A DNA stretch of 64,000 bases. Origin: the human T2T-CHM13v2.0 reference genome, Homo sapiens. The position numbers and the translations under genes were made by a program. Location of the stretch: NCBI RefSeq assembly GCF_009914755.1, contig NC_060926.1, one strand, 5' to 3'. Positions 58,090 to 64,000 of this stretch are shown here, in pieces (within the stretch, counting starts at the first letter, position 1; each line of letters begins with the position of its first letter). The notes under the pieces are model-generated. The model was given only the letters and a program-made list of their open reading frames with translations. It made no database searches and was not told the origin of the DNA.

Positions 58090-59092
58090 ATTTACAGAGT
58101 GCCATGGTTATTCATGATGTTTTACAAACCATAAAAACAAGGTCTCCACCCTATAGAAGTTACAGTGTAATTCAAACAGACTTGCTGCATGGGCCGACAG
58201 GTCAGGCGTGCCAGGAGATGGTGTTGGTGTTGTATAACATGGGTGTGGAGGGGTTCTTCTTGAGTTATAAATACTTTCCAGTTACAAGGGCCTTTCATCT
58301 GGGATCCCCAAGCACTTTAGAATAGCAATAACCCGGATTGCTTTCTAAATGTACTTTCTATAAACTGTTGTGGGGACTGAGTAAATGCTTTTAAATGACT
58401 ATTAATTGGTCTGTGGATCTGTTCATTGTCCATATTAAACAGCATAGATGTAAACACGATGGTTTAGGAGAGGCCCGCTTTAGGCTGTGGTCTGGCTGCT
58501 TACAGATTACTGCTGCCCCACAGAGACCCGGAAGGCTTGCCACAGCCTTGGGAGGGCCAGATGGACACTCCTAGGCGTTTTCCTAGGTGATAAGCTCACT
58601 CAACCTAGACTCAGAAAGAGCATTCCTTGGCGCCCTGGTTCACTGCGTATGGATGAGTTAACATTTCAAAGTCAGGTGAGTTCAGAGAAAGAATCTCCTC
58701 TGGAGAAACTTGGAACCATTCCTTGGCTAACGATGGTGGTTCTCATTCAGGTCCCAAGGCCTCCATTAAGTTCCTCTTATGCTGCTTTTCTCTCTTTCTT
58801 GAGCAATGGCACTTTCAAAACGGCAAGATTTATCTTTCTTTGCAGCTGGTATAGAGTTTCCCCTTCTGTCTTACTCAAAGACCACTTAACTGGTGATTTT
58901 TCCTGACCTATTTGACAAGTTCATTCATATCCAAGAGAAGACTGGCCTGGGTTGCAAGTCTTGAAAGTTCACCCAGAGGTTGATGAGATAAGGATTCCTC
59001 CTTCTATCCATCCTTTATAAGCTTCTCAGAGTTATCTTTCTAAAAACCCAGATGGAATAATATCACCCCCCTGCTTTAATAAAACCTACCTG

Positions 59093-59480
59093 GGGGTACA
59101 AATGACTCACGCCTGTAATCCCAAGGTAACAAGGGCAACATTAAGGACTCTCCTTATAGATTGCCCCTAAAGATGAATAAAATACTAGAAAACATGATTA
59201 CACTTCCTTTTAAAGAGGGATAAAGGTTCTGACAGTATCACATAGGCCACTTCTCCAGAGTGGCATTCATTTACTCCAAGCATTTTGGAACAAGGGATAC
59301 ACTCCTGAATGTGCTGGGAGGTGGCCATTGAACAGCATCTATTTTCTGTTTCATGTGGTTTCTATTTGCGAAGCTGAGGCAGAAGGATCGCTTGAGCCCA
59401 GAAGTTCGAGACCATCCCGGGCAATGTAGTGAGACCCTGCCTCTAAAAAACAAAACAAAACAAAAACAACAACAACAACA
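59093..59480 (+). mobile_element. FLAM-like Alu monomer interrupted by a 241-bp duplicated segment (59127-59367)
   Basis: 5' part actcacgcctgtaatccca; 3' part gctgaggcagaaggatcgcttgagcccagaagttcgagacc; 12-bp duplication aaaacctacctg at 59081-59092 and 59481-59492. Confidence 0.92.
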
Positions 59481-59590
59481 AAAACCTACCTGAAGAATAA
59501 AATTCAAAATGCTTCAGCACGGTATATGCAGCCTTCATGGCCTTGGCCAGCTGACCTTTGTCCTTGCATCTCTGTCCACATGACCTGCAG

Positions 59591-59905
59591 TTTTGTTTTC
59601 TTTTTTGTTTCTATTTTTGTTTTGAGATGGAGTCTCACTCTGTCGCCCGGGCTAGAGTGTGCCATCTCGGCTCACTGCAACCTCCACCTCCCCAAGCAAT
59701 TCTTATGCCTCAGCCTCCCAAGCAGTTGGGATTACAGTTGGGATTCCTTCTTAAGGCACACCACCATGCCTGGCTAATTTTTGTGTTTTTAGTAGAGACG
59801 AGGTTTCACCATGTTGGGCAGGCTGTTCTCCTCCTGACCTCAAGTGATCCACCTGCCTTGGCCTCCCAAAGTGCTGGGATTACAGGCATGAGCCACCACA
59901 ACCAA
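59591..59905 (-). mobile_element. Alu (S-type), antisense
   Basis: Reverse dimeric Alu with a small internal cagttgggatt duplication. Confidence 0.9.
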
Positions 59906-59909
59906 CCGG

Positions 59910-61120
<1,211 letters not shown>

Positions 61121-61521
61121 TAAATTCTGTTTGGAGCCTCTGCATTCACTCATTCGCTGTCTTGATTCCCCCTAATAAACCCTATTTTATTTTACAACAG
61201 AACCTCTATTTCTTTCTCAGGAGACTTGAACTTGGTTGGGGGTGGAGGGGTCAGAGGGGGAGGGGAAAGTGCCACATAGGAAGATCAAAAAGGTAAGTGG
61301 GCTTGTAGCCTGTTGTGCTTCTTCATATAGGCCAGCAGTGGGCACTCCCACAAGACTGCCAGGGTAGTTCAGCTGACAGCTAACAGGCAGCTTGCTTTTC
61401 CAGGCTTGAGCAGGTTCCTAGATCCCCAGCAAAGGGGTCTTTTTGTTTCCTGACCCTCTTCCCTCCTGTCTGTGCTCGTCACAATGTCACTGTTAAAGAG
61501 ACCCAAGCATCCCAGGCTACA

Positions 61522-61732
61522 CAGTGCTTCTCAAAGCAGGTGCTCCTGGCATTCTAGTGGGACAGTTCATCACTATGTGGGAATTTCACACCATGTAGAA
61601 CATTTAGCATCTGGGGCCTCTGCTTGATCAATGCCAGCAAGACCCCCAATCATTGCAACAACCAAAATGTCCCCCACCCACATTTCCAGAGCACCCCCAT
61701 CAGGGGATAGCTTGCCCAGTTGAGAACCAGGT
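61522..61732 (-). mobile_element. MER20-like hAT DNA transposon
   Basis: Termini cagtgcttctcaa...agttgagaacca; internal 'acaaccaaaatgtc'. Confidence 0.65.
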
Positions 61733-62099
61733 ATGCAAAGGAAGCTAGAGAATCCCAGTGTCTCCCGCTCAGGCAAAGCAGCAACTACCATAATGAGGTC
61801 TCGTGTCCAGTTGAGGGGATGATGGAGCTCAGCCAAGGAAAAAGTCACAGGTGGTTTTAGGTGACCTAGATTACACCCTGGCTCTGTTAATGGTTAGTTG
61901 ACAGTGACAGGCTCACATATCAGGAGAGAGGGGAAGACGCTCTCTAAAAACAAGATGAGAACAATAACAGAAAAAGTACCCCAACAAGTCCCCCACCCCA
62001 TGCAACTGGGACTTGCAACCTGAGCCTGGTCCCTTCAGTGTCCATTTGACCCCCACCCCCATCCCCGGGGAATGCACACTGCACCCGGCACCCGTCTCT

Positions 62100-62400
62100 G
62101 CCTTGCCTGGGTTAGTTTAAGGGACTTCATTTCCCTGTGCTGCCATAGCAACCAGGAAACAACCTCCGCTCAGACAAGAAGGATGGTGCTGTGGCCGAGA
62201 TCTGTAGATGCACACGGCTGGTAACAGAGCAACCGGGACCAAGGGACAACAAGAGCTCAGGAGAAGGGGAGAGACAGGTCGCCCAGAGAGTAGACAATCC
62301 AGGGCTTGAGGAGGCTGGCTGTGCGGTTTATTTTTTCTCTCCACAAAGACACACACTGTCTAAACTGTGTGGCTGGTTGTTACTAAGAAGCTGCTGCGAG
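62100..62400 (+). promoter_or_regulatory. KIAA2012: Putative KIAA2012 promoter with RFX X-box
   Basis: GCTGCCATAGCAAC at 62139-62152, one mismatch from the X-box GTTGCCATAGCAAC, ~400 bp upstream of the ATG; further half-sites nearby. Confidence 0.6.
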
Positions 62401-62475
62401 AGGGAAAAATGTATTTAATAAAAGGCCCTGTGTTTGTGGTCTTCTTGGGCTTGCTGTGAGCTCTGGAAATCTTGA

Positions 62476-62700
<225 letters not shown>

Positions 62701-63759
62701 TAAACCATGTGTGTCTTGGTTTGTGTTGTTAGTGAGGTGGCGGGGTCACTGGAAGATCTTCCTTCCTCCTTCATGAAACTCAAGAAAATAACATCATTTT
62801 CCTGACACACCGAGATTGCCCCTGAGGCCCTCATCTTTCCCCTTGTAGCTGTCTTTGCTTGGACCAAAGGAGATTCCAGATTGTCTGGAATTTGGATGGT
62901 TTGGTGCAAGACCAGAATTTCCACCTGGGTTCTAGGCAAACTGATGGTTGTTTGGTTTTTGGAAGTCGTGCTCTGCAGTTGAAATGCTGTGTGTGTTCAT
63001 GCCATTTCAATGGCTTCCTTGAACTTTCTGGAATTCAACCCACAGGACTCATATTTAATATAGGCCAAAAAAAAACCCACCTCATTTTAGAAGATTTTAA
63101 AGAGGTGGCAAAATTCCCTTGTTATACTAGATTTTTATTTCACTTGAATCCTGCCAGGGATAAGAAACCTATTGGGGATACTTTGCAAATTTGGGGGTCA
63201 TACAGAGATTTCCATTGTCATGGTACTTTGTCATGATATTTGACCTTTGCTGTGTTAAACGGCATATAAAGTTTCAAAGGACCTGTATGGCCAATGGCAT
63301 TTTCTTACCTACAAGATATGTAACTGCTTTATAGGCCCCTAAATAGCCAAATTAGGTAATGTTACATAGCATCTGGAATGTATAGAAATTCTCCCCACGT
63401 ACAGCTGAAGTGGTGGTGGCTTGGAATGCTCCTATTTAAACTGCCAGCTAGTCCAGGTCTAATTTCAAAGTTATCTGCTGCCCTTAATAATTCTGACCAC
63501 TTACTTGCATACCAGGAAACTTTAACTGGCCTGTAACCTACATACAAGCTGAGTTAATCCTCCAGCCATACATGACTCTCCTGAAAGTTGTATGGGGTGA
63601 AATAGAACCATGCCCTGGGTTCTACTAATTTTGAAATGTGGAGAGAAAAGGCAGTTGCTAAGAAGAGCAATTGTGTTCCATAACACCATGTGAACAGTTC
63701 AGAGAAAATCAGTAACTAAAAAAATGCCGAAGGCTTTGCACAAGCAGTATTTGCTATAG

Positions 63760-64000
<241 letters not shown>

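Overview
Human (primate) genomic DNA, recognised from the proteins as the FZD7 locus (2q33.1). It contains the intronless, CpG-island-embedded FZD7 gene (CDS 23525-25249, 574 aa, poly(A) signal 27290-27295). At the right edge are the first two coding exons of KIAA2012 (62545-62628 and 63808 to window end), which the ORF track misses because they are spliced. The rest is intergenic DNA dense in Alu/FLAM/FRAM, L1, L2, MIR, MaLR/ERVL LTRs and old DNA transposons. I found no prokaryote-style system (no CRISPR array, operon or RNA gene) and no convincing new protein-coding gene. The most unusual signals are structural: (1) a ~241-bp copy of unique DNA from ~1.3 kb upstream inserted inside a FLAM; (2) three Alus with fold-back templated insertions resembling repair scars; (3) a polyadenylated MST-type LTR fragment that looks L1-retrocopied; (4) a young L1 inserted into an Alu linker, creating a chimeric ORF; (5) a ~70-bp-arm inverted repeat ~3 kb upstream of FZD7; (6) a 41-bp x5 minisatellite; (7) a single uORF in the FZD7 leader; (8) RFX X-boxes at the KIAA2012 promoter. 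Gene names and repeat subfamilies come from recalled sequences, not from a search, and boundaries of old repeats are approximate.
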